Shown piece by piece: positions 1 to 10,497 of a stretch of 64,000 bases of DNA; position 1 is the first letter of the stretch; every line of letters begins with the position of its first letter. The stretch is from an uncultured Anaerolineaceae bacterium (GTDB taxonomy: Bacteria; Chloroflexota; Limnocylindria; Limnocylindrales; CSP1-4), in contig CAZOHT010000004.1 in assembly GCA_964579825.1 (NCBI GenBank), positions 16,558 to 80,557 of the forward strand. The letters are read 5' to 3'. The notes beneath the pieces were generated by a model. The model saw only the letters and a program-made list of their open reading frames with translations, did no database searches and was not told where the DNA came from. The translations under genes and the position numbers were made by a program.

Positions 1-1288
<1,288 letters not shown>

Positions 1289-2305
1289 ATGAGCGCCATC
1301 CCGAGCACCTTCCGAGCCTACGTCGCGGCCAGGATCGAACGCGATGGCGCCCCGGCGATGGATCGCGGGCCGCGCGACTTCGCGGAGGCGGACCTGCCGG
1401 CGGGCGAGGTCGAGATCCGCGTCGGGTGGTCCAGCGTCAACTACAAGGACGGCCTTGCGACCCGGGTGGACGGACGGGTCGCCCGGATCGATCCGATCAT
1501 CCCGGGGATCGATCTCGCCGGGACCGTCGTCGGCTCGTCGGACCCGGCCTTCGCAGTCGGCGATGCCGTACTCGCCCACGGCTACGACCTGGGCGTCGCC
1601 CGCCATGGCGGCTACAGCGAGTACCAGCGCGTACCGGCCGGTTGGGTCGTGCCCCTGGCTCCTGGCCTGTCGGCCCGCGAGGCGATGGCCATCGGGACCG
1701 CCGGGTTCACCGCGGCGATGTCCGTGGTGGCGCTGGAGGACCGGGGTCTCAGCCCGGATGCCGGGCCGGTCCTCGTGACCGGGGCGAGCGGCGGGGTCGG
1801 TGGGACGGCGCTGGCGATCCTGGCCGATCGCGGCTACGAGGTCTGGGCCGTGACCGGCAAGCCGGACGAGGCGGCCCGGTTGACCTCCCTGGGGGCCGCC
1901 GGGATCCTGACCCGGGACGACGTGCCAGCCGAGGGCAAGCCGCTCGAATCCGAGCGTTGGGCAGGTGCGGTGGACGCCGTGGGAGCGGCGACCCTCCCGT
2001 ACGTGCTGCGGACCCTCAAGACGGGTGGTGCGGTCGCGGCGAGCGGCAACGCCGGTGGACCCAAGCTCGAGACGACCGTCTTCCCGTTCATCCTGCGCGG
2101 GGTCGCGCTCCTTGGGATGGATTCGGTGACCGTGCCGATCGCCCGGCGCCGGGCGTTGTGGGACCGGTTGGCCACGGATCTGCGACCGCGCGAACTGGGC
2201 CGGCACGTGACCGAAGTCGGTCTCGACGACCTCGACGTCGCGCTCGACGGGATCGTGGCCGGGAGTGCCCGCGGGCGTTGGATCGTCCGCGTCGGCGGCG
2301 ACTGA
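1289..2305 (+). CDS. acuI: YhdH/AcuI-type NADPH-dependent acrylyl-CoA reductase / quinone oxidoreductase (MDR family)
   Basis: Track ORF 1283..2305. Colinear by eye with E. coli YhdH (WSSVNYKDGLA, IPGIDLAGTV, IGTAGFTAA, VTGASGGVGG). ATG 1289 preferred over GTG 1283. Confidence 0.85.
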   Translation: MSAIPSTFRAYVAARIERDGAPAMDRGPRDFAEADLPAGEVEIRVGWSSVNYKDGLATRVDGRVARIDPIIPGIDLAGTVVGSSDPAFAVGDAVLAHGYDLGVARHGGYSEYQRVPAGWVVPLAPGLSAREAMAIGTAGFTAAMSVVALEDRGLSPDAGPVLVTGASGGVGGTALAILADRGYEVWAVTGKPDEAARLTSLGAAGILTRDDVPAEGKPLESERWAGAVDAVGAATLPYVLRTLKTGGAVAASGNAGGPKLETTVFPFILRGVALLGMDSVTVPIARRRALWDRLATDLRPRELGRHVTEVGLDDLDVALDGIVAGSARGRWIVRVGGD

Positions 2306-2333
2306 CCGGGTCGGCGCCCACGCGCCACCCAGC

Positions 2334-3392
2334 TCAGTGGCCGAGGAGTTCGCGGTACAGGGTCTCGTAGCGATCCACCATCCGGCCGACGGAGAACCGC
2401 TCCAGGGCGGATGCCCGGATCCCAGCCCGATCGAGGTCGTCCAGGCGCTCATCGAAGTAGGCGAGCTGCTGGGCGTCGTCGCCGATGAACCCATCGATCC
2501 CGTCGCGGACGAGTTCGGGGATCGCACCCGAGCGGCGGGCCAGCACCGGTGTCCCCAGCGCGAGCGCCTCGATGACGACGAGCCCGAACGGCTCGGGCCA
2601 GGCGGATGGGATGATCGAGGCCCGACTGGCAGCGACCAGGCGGTCACGCTCGGGCTCGGTCAGTTCGCCCAGGATCTCGACGTCGGCGCCGACGAGGGCG
2701 GGCGCGACGATCGACTCCCAGTACTCGATCTCGCCCGCCAGAGTGGGCACCTTCGCGGCGATCAGGAGCCGTCGCCCGGTGAGGCGGGCCACCTCGATGG
2801 CGTCCAGGATGCCCTTCTCGGGGGTGATCCGGCCGACGAAGCAGAACGCGTCGCCCGGCATCTCGACCAACGGCGGCGGGTCGAAGGTCAGGCCGTGGTA
2901 GATGACGGTCCAATCCGCCTCGGGATGGACGCGCGCCTGGTCCTCGCTGATGGCCACGAGCCCGCGCGGCGCGTCCACGAAGGCGTCCTTCGCCCAGGGG
3001 ACGTCGAGGCGGCCGTGGAACGTCGACACGACCGGCACGCTCGTGCGGCGGGCAAGCTCGACGTTCCAGCGCTCGATATGCGAGTGGATGAGGTCGAACT
3101 CGCCGGCGCGCTCCAGGACCAGCCGGACCGTCTCCTCGAAGGCGACCGCCGGGTCGTCGGCGAGGCCGGCCGGACGGAGGGCCGCCGGCACGGTGACGAC
3201 GTGCCGGCCGGGGATCCGCGAGTCGCCGCTGGCGAACGTGGTGACCTGGTGCCCGCGTCGGTCCAGCTCGTGGACGAGCTCGGACACGATCCGTTCCGTG
3301 CCTCCGTACGCGATCGGCGGGACGGCCTCCAACGGCGGAGCGACCTGGGCGATCCGCAGGGGCCGAGCGGCTTCCGGGCCGCCGCCGCTCAC
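2334..3392 (-). CDS. Glycosyltransferase family 4
   Basis: C-terminal 352 aa of track ORF 2334..3974. Motifs: LRIAQVAPP..PPIAYGGTERIVSELV..GHQVTTFASGDS and EPFGLVVIE (E-x7-E). Start set at GTG 3392, which overlaps the upstream stop (GTGA); the remaining 5' ORF is shadow of the upstream gene. Confidence 0.85.
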   Translation of the reverse strand: MSGGGPEAARPLRIAQVAPPLEAVPPIAYGGTERIVSELVHELDRRGHQVTTFASGDSRIPGRHVVTVPAALRPAGLADDPAVAFEETVRLVLERAGEFDLIHSHIERWNVELARRTSVPVVSTFHGRLDVPWAKDAFVDAPRGLVAISEDQARVHPEADWTVIYHGLTFDPPPLVEMPGDAFCFVGRITPEKGILDAIEVARLTGRRLLIAAKVPTLAGEIEYWESIVAPALVGADVEILGELTEPERDRLVAASRASIIPSAWPEPFGLVVIEALALGTPVLARRSGAIPELVRDGIDGFIGDDAQQLAYFDERLDDLDRAGIRASALERFSVGRMVDRYETLYRELLGH

Positions 3393-5629
3393 AGGCGGAC
3401 GATGACCTCCAGCGGACCGTCCTTGCGCAGGACCTCGGCGCTGGTCAGGCCCCGCCACCGGTGGAGCAACAGATCGCACGTCGCGTCGCCCACCCGCAGG
3501 CCCTTGACGACGATCTTGGTGATGTCCTGGGGCAGGTCCGGCTTCTCGAGGGTCAGCTGGCCGAGCGAGGCGTCCGCGTGCAGGCCGAGCATCGTGCGGA
3601 TGAGCATGAGCGGCGCCCCCGCGGCCCACGCCTGCGGCGAACAGGCGACGGGGTAGGCGACCGGGGCCCCGGTCGAAGCGCGGTCGAAGCCGCAGAACAG
3701 CTCCGGCAGGCGATAGGCCGGGAAGTGGTGCGCCGCGGCGAGCAGGTCGCCACTGAGCCGCCCGCCGATGGCATCGAAGCCGTAGCGTCGCGCGCCGGCC
3801 GCGGCGATGGCCGTGTCGTGCGGCCAGACCGTGCCGGTGTGGTACCCGATCGGGTTGTAGCCGGGCTGGTCGGAGGCGAGTGTGCGCACGCCCCAGCCCG
3901 AGGACATCGCCGCCGATCCGAGGCCGTCGGCGACGGCCGTAGCGGCCGGCCCTGGCTCGACGATCCCGCTCCACAGGCAGTGGCCACCGTTGGAGCCCAC
4001 CGTGTCGACCGCGCGCTTGTCGCCATCGAGGGCCATCGCCAGCTGCCCGTCGGGGAGCGTGAACGCCTCGGCGAACCGGCGCTTGAGCTCGGCCGCCTGG
4101 TGTTCGAGGCGATCCGCCAGGTCGAACTCGCCGCGTCGACGAGCCAGGCGCGCCACCCGGCGTCGGGCATCGAAGACATACCCCTGGACCTCGGCCAGGG
4201 CGATCGGGGTCGTGGCCAGGCTCCCATCGGACCAGCGGATCGCGTCACCCGAGTCCTTCCAGCCCTGGTTGAGCAGGCCAGTCGAGGCGCGTCGCTCGTA
4301 TTCGACGAAGCCGTCGCCGTCACGATCGCCCCAGTCGTCGATCCAGGCGAGCGCCGCGAGGACGTTGGGCCACAGTCGCTCGACGAGGGCGTCGTCGCCC
4401 GTCCAGTCGTGGGTCTCGCCCAGGAGGATGAGCCACAGCGGCGTCGAGTCGATGGAGCCGTAGTACGGGGAGAACGGCAACTCGCCCGTCCGGGTCATCT
4501 CGCCGGTCCGGAACTCGTGGAGGATCTTGCCCGGCTCGGCGTCGCGCCACGCGTCGACCTCCGTCGCCTGGTGGCGGGCCAGGATCTCGAGCGTCTCGAC
4601 CGCGAGGCGCGGGGCGAACGCGATGGCCTGCAGCGACGTGACGATCGCGTCCCGACCGAACAGCGTGGCGAACCACGGCACGCCCGCCGCGATGAACTCC
4701 TCGCCGGCCTGGGTCGTCGAGCGCAGGAGGCACAGGTCGTCCATCGACCGGCGGATGACCTGGTTCACCACCTCGTGGTCGGTCTCGATGTCCACGGTCT
4801 CGGCGTGCCACGCCGCGTGGATCGCGCTCGGGTCGGTGGAGGTCGGGTCGCCGGTGAAGGCGCCGCTGGGCGGGAGCCGACCGGGACTCGGCTCCCGGGT
4901 CGTCGAGACCGTCCAGGTCACCACGCGGCTGTCACCGGGCGCGAGAAGGCCGTCCCAGCTCGCGACGATCGCGCCACCGTCGTAGTCGGCCGTGGCGGCG
5001 ACCTCGGGGTGCGGGTCGAAGTCGATGCGGGTCCGGACCGTGACCTCGTCGAGGCCGACATACGCGAAGACGATCGCACCGGCCTCGTCGAGTTCGATCG
5101 GTAGCAGCTTCCCACGGGTCGGGCGGGCGTATCCGCGGACCTCGAAGATGTCCGCCGCGTCCATGTCGAGCTCGAGCTCGACGTCCAGGTCGAACGCGAA
5201 CGAGCCGTGGTTCTGGATGACGAGCCGCTCGCGATAGGCGTCTGACAGGGTCCGTTCGCGCTCGATGGAGATCGTCCGCCGGGCGATCGATCCATCCGAG
5301 CCCATCTTGTCGCCGGGGTCCTTGCGCAGCTCCGCGTTGGTGGCGATGACCGTGCCGCGCCAACTGCCGCCGGGGTCCGAGTGGAGGACCACCGGCCGCT
5401 CGCCGGCGACGCGCAGCACGCTGCACGAGAGGACCCGCGTGTCGCCGTCGTACAGGCCGAGGCCGCGGGTGTCCGGGTGGATGTCGCCGAACGCGTCGGA
5501 CAGCAGGAACAGGTCCCGATGCTTCAGGACCTGGGCGGACCCGAGGTCGGTCGCCCGGATGATCGGCCGAGGCCGGGCCGGGAAGGTCTCGAGCGGGGTC
5601 GCCGACCGCGCCGCTGCGTCGTGCACCAC
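3389..5629 (-). CDS. Amylo-alpha-1,6-glucosidase / glycogen-debranching-enzyme-like protein
   Basis: 746-aa ORF with GVPWFATLFGRD, GWKDSGDA and GYHTGTVWPHD motifs typical of the GDE_C (alpha/alpha)6 family, plus an N-terminal GDE_N-like region. Confidence 0.85.
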   Translation of the reverse strand: MVHDAAARSATPLETFPARPRPIIRATDLGSAQVLKHRDLFLLSDAFGDIHPDTRGLGLYDGDTRVLSCSVLRVAGERPVVLHSDPGGSWRGTVIATNAELRKDPGDKMGSDGSIARRTISIERERTLSDAYRERLVIQNHGSFAFDLDVELELDMDAADIFEVRGYARPTRGKLLPIELDEAGAIVFAYVGLDEVTVRTRIDFDPHPEVAATADYDGGAIVASWDGLLAPGDSRVVTWTVSTTREPSPGRLPPSGAFTGDPTSTDPSAIHAAWHAETVDIETDHEVVNQVIRRSMDDLCLLRSTTQAGEEFIAAGVPWFATLFGRDAIVTSLQAIAFAPRLAVETLEILARHQATEVDAWRDAEPGKILHEFRTGEMTRTGELPFSPYYGSIDSTPLWLILLGETHDWTGDDALVERLWPNVLAALAWIDDWGDRDGDGFVEYERRASTGLLNQGWKDSGDAIRWSDGSLATTPIALAEVQGYVFDARRRVARLARRRGEFDLADRLEHQAAELKRRFAEAFTLPDGQLAMALDGDKRAVDTVGSNGGHCLWSGIVEPGPAATAVADGLGSAAMSSGWGVRTLASDQPGYNPIGYHTGTVWPHDTAIAAAGARRYGFDAIGGRLSGDLLAAAHHFPAYRLPELFCGFDRASTGAPVAYPVACSPQAWAAGAPLMLIRTMLGLHADASLGQLTLEKPDLPQDITKIVVKGLRVGDATCDLLLHRWRGLTSAEVLRKDGPLEVIVRL

Positions 5630-5684
5630 GACCCGAGTCTAGGCCGGGTGGCGCCTCGCGTCGACCACGGACGCGGTACGGGCG

Positions 5685-6509
5685 TCAGGCCGGCTCGCCT
5701 CGAAGGTCGACAAGGGTCCGTTCGAAGGCCGGGATGGCGTGGTGTGGCGGGAGCTCCGGGAACGGATGGGCGGCGACGGCGTCGTCGAGCGTCCGCTCGC
5801 CGGCGTGGACCTCGCGGGCCAGGGACACCAGGGCTGCGATGGACCTCGCCTGGCCGTCCGCGAACGCCCGGCCGAGGTGGTCGCCGTGACCGGGGACGAT
5901 GACGCCCGTCACTCGCTCGGCGAGCGCGGCGGACGTCGCGACCCAGTCGAGCGGGTAGCCGTCGCCGAAGAACGGCACGTTGCCCTGCTCGACGAGATCG
6001 CCCGCGAAGAGGACATCGGTGCCGGGCACGGTGATGACGATGTCGTGATCCGTGTGTCCCCGACCGAGGTAGGCGAGCTCGACCGGGCGCCCGCCGACCT
6101 CGACGGTGGCGGCCTCCGCGAAGGTCCGATCGGGCGGGTCGATGACGACCTCGGGGAGGTCCGGGGCGAGGGTGGGTTCATCACGTCCGATCGCCGCCTT
6201 GCGCGCCTCCCCGGTCCGCTCCATGAAGGTCACGCAACGGTCGTGTCCCCAGATCGTGGCCGGCCGGAACAGGGCGTTCCCGAAGGCGTGGTCGAAGTGA
6301 CCGTGGGTGTCCACGACGACCGTCACCGGGAAGGCCGTCAGGTCGCGCAGGTGGGCCTGGATCTCACGCGCCTGGGGGTACGTGCTGCGCGTGTCGATGA
6401 CGAGCGCCTCACCGTCGCCAAGGATCACGCCGATGTTCTGGTCGTAGAACTCGTAGCGGCGGACGAACACGCGATCGCCGATCTCGACCCAGCCATCCTC
6501 GACACCCAT
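5685..6509 (-). CDS. MBL-fold metallo-hydrolase
   Basis: MGVEDGW... with the HGHFDH zinc motif. ATG at 6509; the longer track ORF (to 7352) is the opposite-strand shadow of the next gene. Confidence 0.85.
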   Translation of the reverse strand: MGVEDGWVEIGDRVFVRRYEFYDQNIGVILGDGEALVIDTRSTYPQAREIQAHLRDLTAFPVTVVVDTHGHFDHAFGNALFRPATIWGHDRCVTFMERTGEARKAAIGRDEPTLAPDLPEVVIDPPDRTFAEAATVEVGGRPVELAYLGRGHTDHDIVITVPGTDVLFAGDLVEQGNVPFFGDGYPLDWVATSAALAERVTGVIVPGHGDHLGRAFADGQARSIAALVSLAREVHAGERTLDDAVAAHPFPELPPHHAIPAFERTLVDLRGEPA

Positions 6510-6566
6510 CGGCGCATGGTAGCCGCGAGTCGCGTCGCCATCCCGCGAGTCGCGTACGCTGCACCC

Positions 6567-7427
6567 ATGCCCTCGATCGTGAGCCACGCCACCGTCACCG
6601 ACGGCACGGATCTGCTCGTCCGGCACTGGCCGGCCGACGAAGCCGAAGCGGGGGGCGCGTGGGCCGGACCGGCCTGGGCGTCGGTCCTCATCGTCCACGG
6701 TCTTGGCGACCACTCCGGCCGCTACGAGCACATCGGTGACCAGATGGCCTCGGCCGGGCTGGATGTCTGGTCGTACGACCATCGAGGGAATGGCGGATCG
6801 GGTGGCCGTCGAGGTCACGTCGACCGATGGTCCCAGCTCCACGACGATCTCGAGGAGCGGCTGGTGGCGGTCCGCGCCGGTGCGGGCGCGCACCCGGTGG
6901 TCCTCTACGGCCACTCGATGGGTGGGTTGGTCGTAGCCGGCTACCTGACCCTGCCGGACCGGGCCTCCCCGGATCTGGCGGTGTTGACGGCCCCGGGCCT
7001 GGACTCCACGTTGCCGGGCTGGAAGAAGTCCCTGGCCCGCGTGCTCGGAGGGGTGACGCCGACCCTCGCCGTCCCGAACGCGATCGACCCGTCCACGCTG
7101 TCGCGCGACCCGGCCGTCGGAGCCAAGGTCGCGACAGATCCGGCCTGCGCTGCGTCCAGCACCGCACGGTTCGGCGCGGAGGCCCTGGCCGAGCAGCAAC
7201 GCGTCGTGCGCGAGTGCGGCCGGATCACGATCCCGACGCTCGTCCTGCACGGACTGGACGACGGTCTCGTCCCGGCACGGGCCTCGGAGGTCCTCGCGGC
7301 CCTGCCGAACGTCGAGCGGCGGACGTATCCGGGTCTTCGCCACGAACTCCACAACGAACCCGAGGGCCCGGCCATCATCGACGAGGTGATCGCCTGGTTA
7401 CGGGAGCGTGCTAGAGTCACGGCCTAA
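6567..7427 (+). CDS. Alpha/beta hydrolase (lysophospholipase / monoacylglycerol-lipase-like)
   Basis: MPSIVSHATV...; HGLGDHSGRY and GHSMGG nucleophile elbow. ATG 6567 is in frame within track ORF 5739..7427. Confidence 0.85.
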   Translation: MPSIVSHATVTDGTDLLVRHWPADEAEAGGAWAGPAWASVLIVHGLGDHSGRYEHIGDQMASAGLDVWSYDHRGNGGSGGRRGHVDRWSQLHDDLEERLVAVRAGAGAHPVVLYGHSMGGLVVAGYLTLPDRASPDLAVLTAPGLDSTLPGWKKSLARVLGGVTPTLAVPNAIDPSTLSRDPAVGAKVATDPACAASSTARFGAEALAEQQRVVRECGRITIPTLVLHGLDDGLVPARASEVLAALPNVERRTYPGLRHELHNEPEGPAIIDEVIAWLRERARVTA

Positions 7428-7436
7428 CCGAAGATC

Positions 7437-7529
7437 GCCTCCGGGGAGCGCAACGTGCGCTGAGAGTGCGGCCGCTGGGCCGCAGACCCGCCGAACCTGA
7501 TCCGGCTCGTACCGGCGAAGGAAGCAGGC
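7437..7529 (+). promoter_or_regulatory. TPP (THI-box) riboswitch
   Basis: GGGGAGC...GCUGAGA...GACCC..GAACCUGAUCCGG..UACCGGCGAAGGAAG matches the conserved THI-box core. P1 is GCCU(7437-40)/AGGC(7526-29). It sits directly upstream of ykoE. Confidence 0.9.
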
Positions 7530-7545
7530 CGTAGACCACCGATCT

Positions 7546-7583
7546 GACGCCGTCCCCGGCACCCGGAGGCGGCGTCTTGCGTT
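7546..7583 (+). terminator. Expression-platform hairpin (weak terminator) of the TPP riboswitch
   Basis: GACGCCG(7546-52)...CGGCGUC(7570-76) followed by UUGCGUU. The U-tract is weak, so an RBS-sequestering role cannot be excluded. Confidence 0.45.
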
Positions 7584-7603
7584 CGACATCGGAGGTCATG
7601 GAC

Positions 7604-8197
7604 ATGACGACGATCACCAACGCCGGCTCGACGGACACCGTGCCGGAGACCCGCTGGCGGACGCGCGACATCGTCGTCGCGGCGGTCATCGGCGTCGCCT
7701 TCGGCGTCGTGTTCTGGGCCTGGAACCTCGCCTACGCCGCGGTCGACCCCGTGTTCGCCTTCGCGCCGTGGCTCAAGGACCTCATGTACGGGGTCTGGCT
7801 GATGCCCGCGATCCTGGCGCCGCTCGTCATCCGCAAGCCGGGCGCCGCGATCTTCGCGGAGATGGTCGCGGCCGGCCTGTCGGCGCTCCTTGGCAGCACC
7901 TGGGGCCCCGACGTCCTGCTGTCCGGGTTCCTGCAGGGCGCCGCCGCCGAGTTGGTCTTCGCATTCACCCTGTATCGATCGTTCGGGCTCGTGACCCTCG
8001 TCCTGGCGGCGAGTGCGAGCGCGCTGGCCGCGTTCCTCCACGACTGGGTGATCTACTACCCGGCGACGGACCAGACCATCCAGCTCCTGCGCGCCATCGC
8101 GATGATCGTCTCCGCCGCGGTCGTGGCCGCGGGTGGATCCGTCCTGCTGGCACGCTCGCTGCGCCGCACGGGCGTGCTGGACGGGTTCCCGGACTGA
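7604..8197 (+). CDS. ykoE: ECF transporter S component for HMP/thiamine precursor (YkoE family)
   Basis: Colinear by eye with B. subtilis YkoE (IRKPGAA, QGAAAELVFA, TGVLDGF). ATG 7604 lies 8 nt after GGAGG; the track start TTG 7577 is inside the hairpin tail. Confidence 0.85.
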   Translation: MTTITNAGSTDTVPETRWRTRDIVVAAVIGVAFGVVFWAWNLAYAAVDPVFAFAPWLKDLMYGVWLMPAILAPLVIRKPGAAIFAEMVAAGLSALLGSTWGPDVLLSGFLQGAAAELVFAFTLYRSFGLVTLVLAASASALAAFLHDWVIYYPATDQTIQLLRAIAMIVSAAVVAAGGSVLLARSLRRTGVLDGFPD

Positions 8198-8202
8198 TCA
8201 TC

Positions 8203-9696
8203 GTGGGGGCGGGGGAAGCCACCGCACCGTCCGCCACGGCGATCGCGCCGTCCCAGCCCGATGCCGCCTCCGCCCCGGGGCCGATCCGAGCGTGGGATCT
8301 CGGGTTCTGGTACCGGACCGGTGACCGGCCGGCGTTCCGCGGCGTGTCGTTCGACCTGCCGGCCGGCGCGTGCCTGCTGGTCGTCGGCCCGTCCGGCTCC
8401 GGCAAGAGCACGCTCGGGCTGGCGATCGCCGGCGTCGTGCCGCGCGACATCCCGGGCGAGGTGACCGGCACGCTGTCGGTGGGTGGGGCGGTGGGGATCG
8501 TCTTCCAGGACCCGGCGTCGCAATTGGTCATGGAGCGAGTCGAGGACGAGGTGGCGTTCGGGCTCGAGAACCTGGGCTGGCCACGTTCGGCGATGACGGA
8601 GCGGATCCCCGAGGTCCTCGCCGACGCCGGGTTGGCCGGGCTCGAGCGGCGTCGGTCGCAACGCCTGTCCGGCGGGCAGCAGCAGCGGCTGGCCCTGGCC
8701 GGGGCGCTCGGTCCGCGACCGGGGATCCTCGTCCTGGACGAGCCGACGGCGAACCTGGACCCGGACGGGACGGCCGCCTTCTTCGAGCGCCTGGGCGGCC
8801 TCGTCGCGGCAAGGTCGGCGACCGTCGTGCTGGTGGAGCACCGGGTCGAACGGGCCTGGCCGCTCGCGGACCTCGTCCTGGCCCTGGACGGGACCGGTGC
8901 CCCGATCGATGTCGGCAATCCGGCGGACGTGCTGGACCGTTCGGCCGGGCGGATGGCCACCGCGGGGATCTGGCTGCCGACCGAGACGGTGAAGCGGTCT
9001 CGCCGCTCGAAGGGTGCGCCGCATCCGCCGGCTGCCCCTGCGCCGTCCGCGGCGCCCATCCTCACGGCCGACGGCCTGCGCTTCGGGTACGAGCCTGACG
9101 TGCCCGTCGTCCGCGACGTGTCGATCTCGATCGGACCGGGCGAGCGCGTCGCGATCCTGGGCCCGAATGGCGGCGGCAAGTCCACCCTCGCCCGACTCCT
9201 CGTCGGTCTCCTGCGTCCCGATCACGGCACCGTGGACCTCGCCGGCCACGATCCCGCCCGCCTCTCCGCGCCAGAGCTGTCCACCCTCGCCGGGTTCGTC
9301 TTCCAGGATCCCGAGTCCGGGTTCCTCGCGAACACCGTGGCGGAGGAGGTGGGGCTCGGCCTGTCAGCCGAAGACGCCGAGCGCGTGCCGAGTCTGATGG
9401 CGGCCCTGGACCTGCCGCTCGAGACGTTCGGCGCCCGCAGCCCATATCGGCTGAGCGGGGGTGAGGCTCGTCGACTGTCCCTGGCCGTCGCGCTCGTCCG
9501 CGATCCGCTCGTGCTCGTGCTCGACGAGCCCACCTTCGGCCAGGACCGCCACGGTTACGACGGCCTGCTCCGCATCCTGCGCGATCGCGCCGGTGCCGGG
9601 ACCGCGCTCGTCATCGCGACCCACGACCTGCGACTGGTGCGCGACCTGGAAGCCCGGGTGATCGAGATCGATGACGGCTGGCTGGTGGTCGGATGA
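8203..9696 (+). CDS. ykoD: ECF transporter duplicated ATPase (YkoD-type, two ABC domains)
   Basis: Two Walker A sites (GPSGSGKST, GPNGGGKST), two signature/Walker B sets (LSGGQQQRL..LVLDEP; LSGGEARRL..LVLDEP). GTG 8203 lies just after the ykoE stop. Confidence 0.85.
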   Translation: MGAGEATAPSATAIAPSQPDAASAPGPIRAWDLGFWYRTGDRPAFRGVSFDLPAGACLLVVGPSGSGKSTLGLAIAGVVPRDIPGEVTGTLSVGGAVGIVFQDPASQLVMERVEDEVAFGLENLGWPRSAMTERIPEVLADAGLAGLERRRSQRLSGGQQQRLALAGALGPRPGILVLDEPTANLDPDGTAAFFERLGGLVAARSATVVLVEHRVERAWPLADLVLALDGTGAPIDVGNPADVLDRSAGRMATAGIWLPTETVKRSRRSKGAPHPPAAPAPSAAPILTADGLRFGYEPDVPVVRDVSISIGPGERVAILGPNGGGKSTLARLLVGLLRPDHGTVDLAGHDPARLSAPELSTLAGFVFQDPESGFLANTVAEEVGLGLSAEDAERVPSLMAALDLPLETFGARSPYRLSGGEARRLSLAVALVRDPLVLVLDEPTFGQDRHGYDGLLRILRDRAGAGTALVIATHDLRLVRDLEARVIEIDDGWLVVG

Positions 9697-10466
9697 TCGT
9701 CGCCCGGGACCTGGCGCCGTCGCAGCTCGACTCCGTCCTGGGGCGGACGAGTCCCGTCCTGAAGCTCGCGATCGCGATCGTCTGGCTGCTTGGCCTCGCG
9801 ACCACCGTCACCTTCGCGCCGCCGCTGATCCTGGTCGGCGTCGCGCTTGTCGCCGGCCTCACGCTCGGCGGCATCCCGCGACCGGATCTGGCGAGGGCGC
9901 TCGCCCCGTTGTGGCTCGCGGCGATCGGCCTGGCGACCTTCAACACGCTCTTCGGGGCCGCCAACGGCGACCCGGCCAACGCCACGCTCGCCCAGATCGG
10001 TCCGTTCCGGATCACCGGCCCGGCGCTGGTGGCGGGCATCGGGCTCGGGTTGCGGGTCGCGGCGATCGGGGCGGTGGGGGCCGTCTTCGCGCTGACGACG
10101 GACTCGACCCGACTCGCGGACTCGCTCGTCCAGCAGGGCCACGTCCCGGAACGGTTCGCGTACGGGGCCCTCGCCGCCTACGGGGCCGTGCCACGGTTCG
10201 GCGAGGACCTGACCACGTTGCGACAGGCCCGACGGATCCGCGGCCTGCGAGGCGCCTGGCATCCGCGGCTGCTGATCGGCTTGCTGGTCCTGGCGATCCG
10301 CCACGGCGACCGGATGGCGATCGCGATGGACGCGCGCAGGTTCGGGTCCGGTCCGCGGTCGCGCTATCGCGAGGTGCGCTGGTCGCCGCTGGACCTCGCC
10401 GTCGGGCTCGGGGCCGCGCTGGCGCTTGTCGCGGCGCTGGTCGGAGGCGCTAGGCTGTCGCTCTGA
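9693..10466 (+). CDS. ykoC: ECF transporter T component (EcfT/CbiQ family, YkoC-type)
   Basis: 257-aa polytopic protein with a conserved-looking ARxxR region (RQARRIRG) and AMDARRFG. ATGA overlap with ykoD. Confidence 0.8.
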   Translation: MIVARDLAPSQLDSVLGRTSPVLKLAIAIVWLLGLATTVTFAPPLILVGVALVAGLTLGGIPRPDLARALAPLWLAAIGLATFNTLFGAANGDPANATLAQIGPFRITGPALVAGIGLGLRVAAIGAVGAVFALTTDSTRLADSLVQQGHVPERFAYGALAAYGAVPRFGEDLTTLRQARRIRGLRGAWHPRLLIGLLVLAIRHGDRMAIAMDARRFGSGPRSRYREVRWSPLDLAVGLGAALALVAALVGGARLSL

Positions 10467-10497
10467 CGGCCCCGCACGAGCCAGGAGTGACCCGCCC

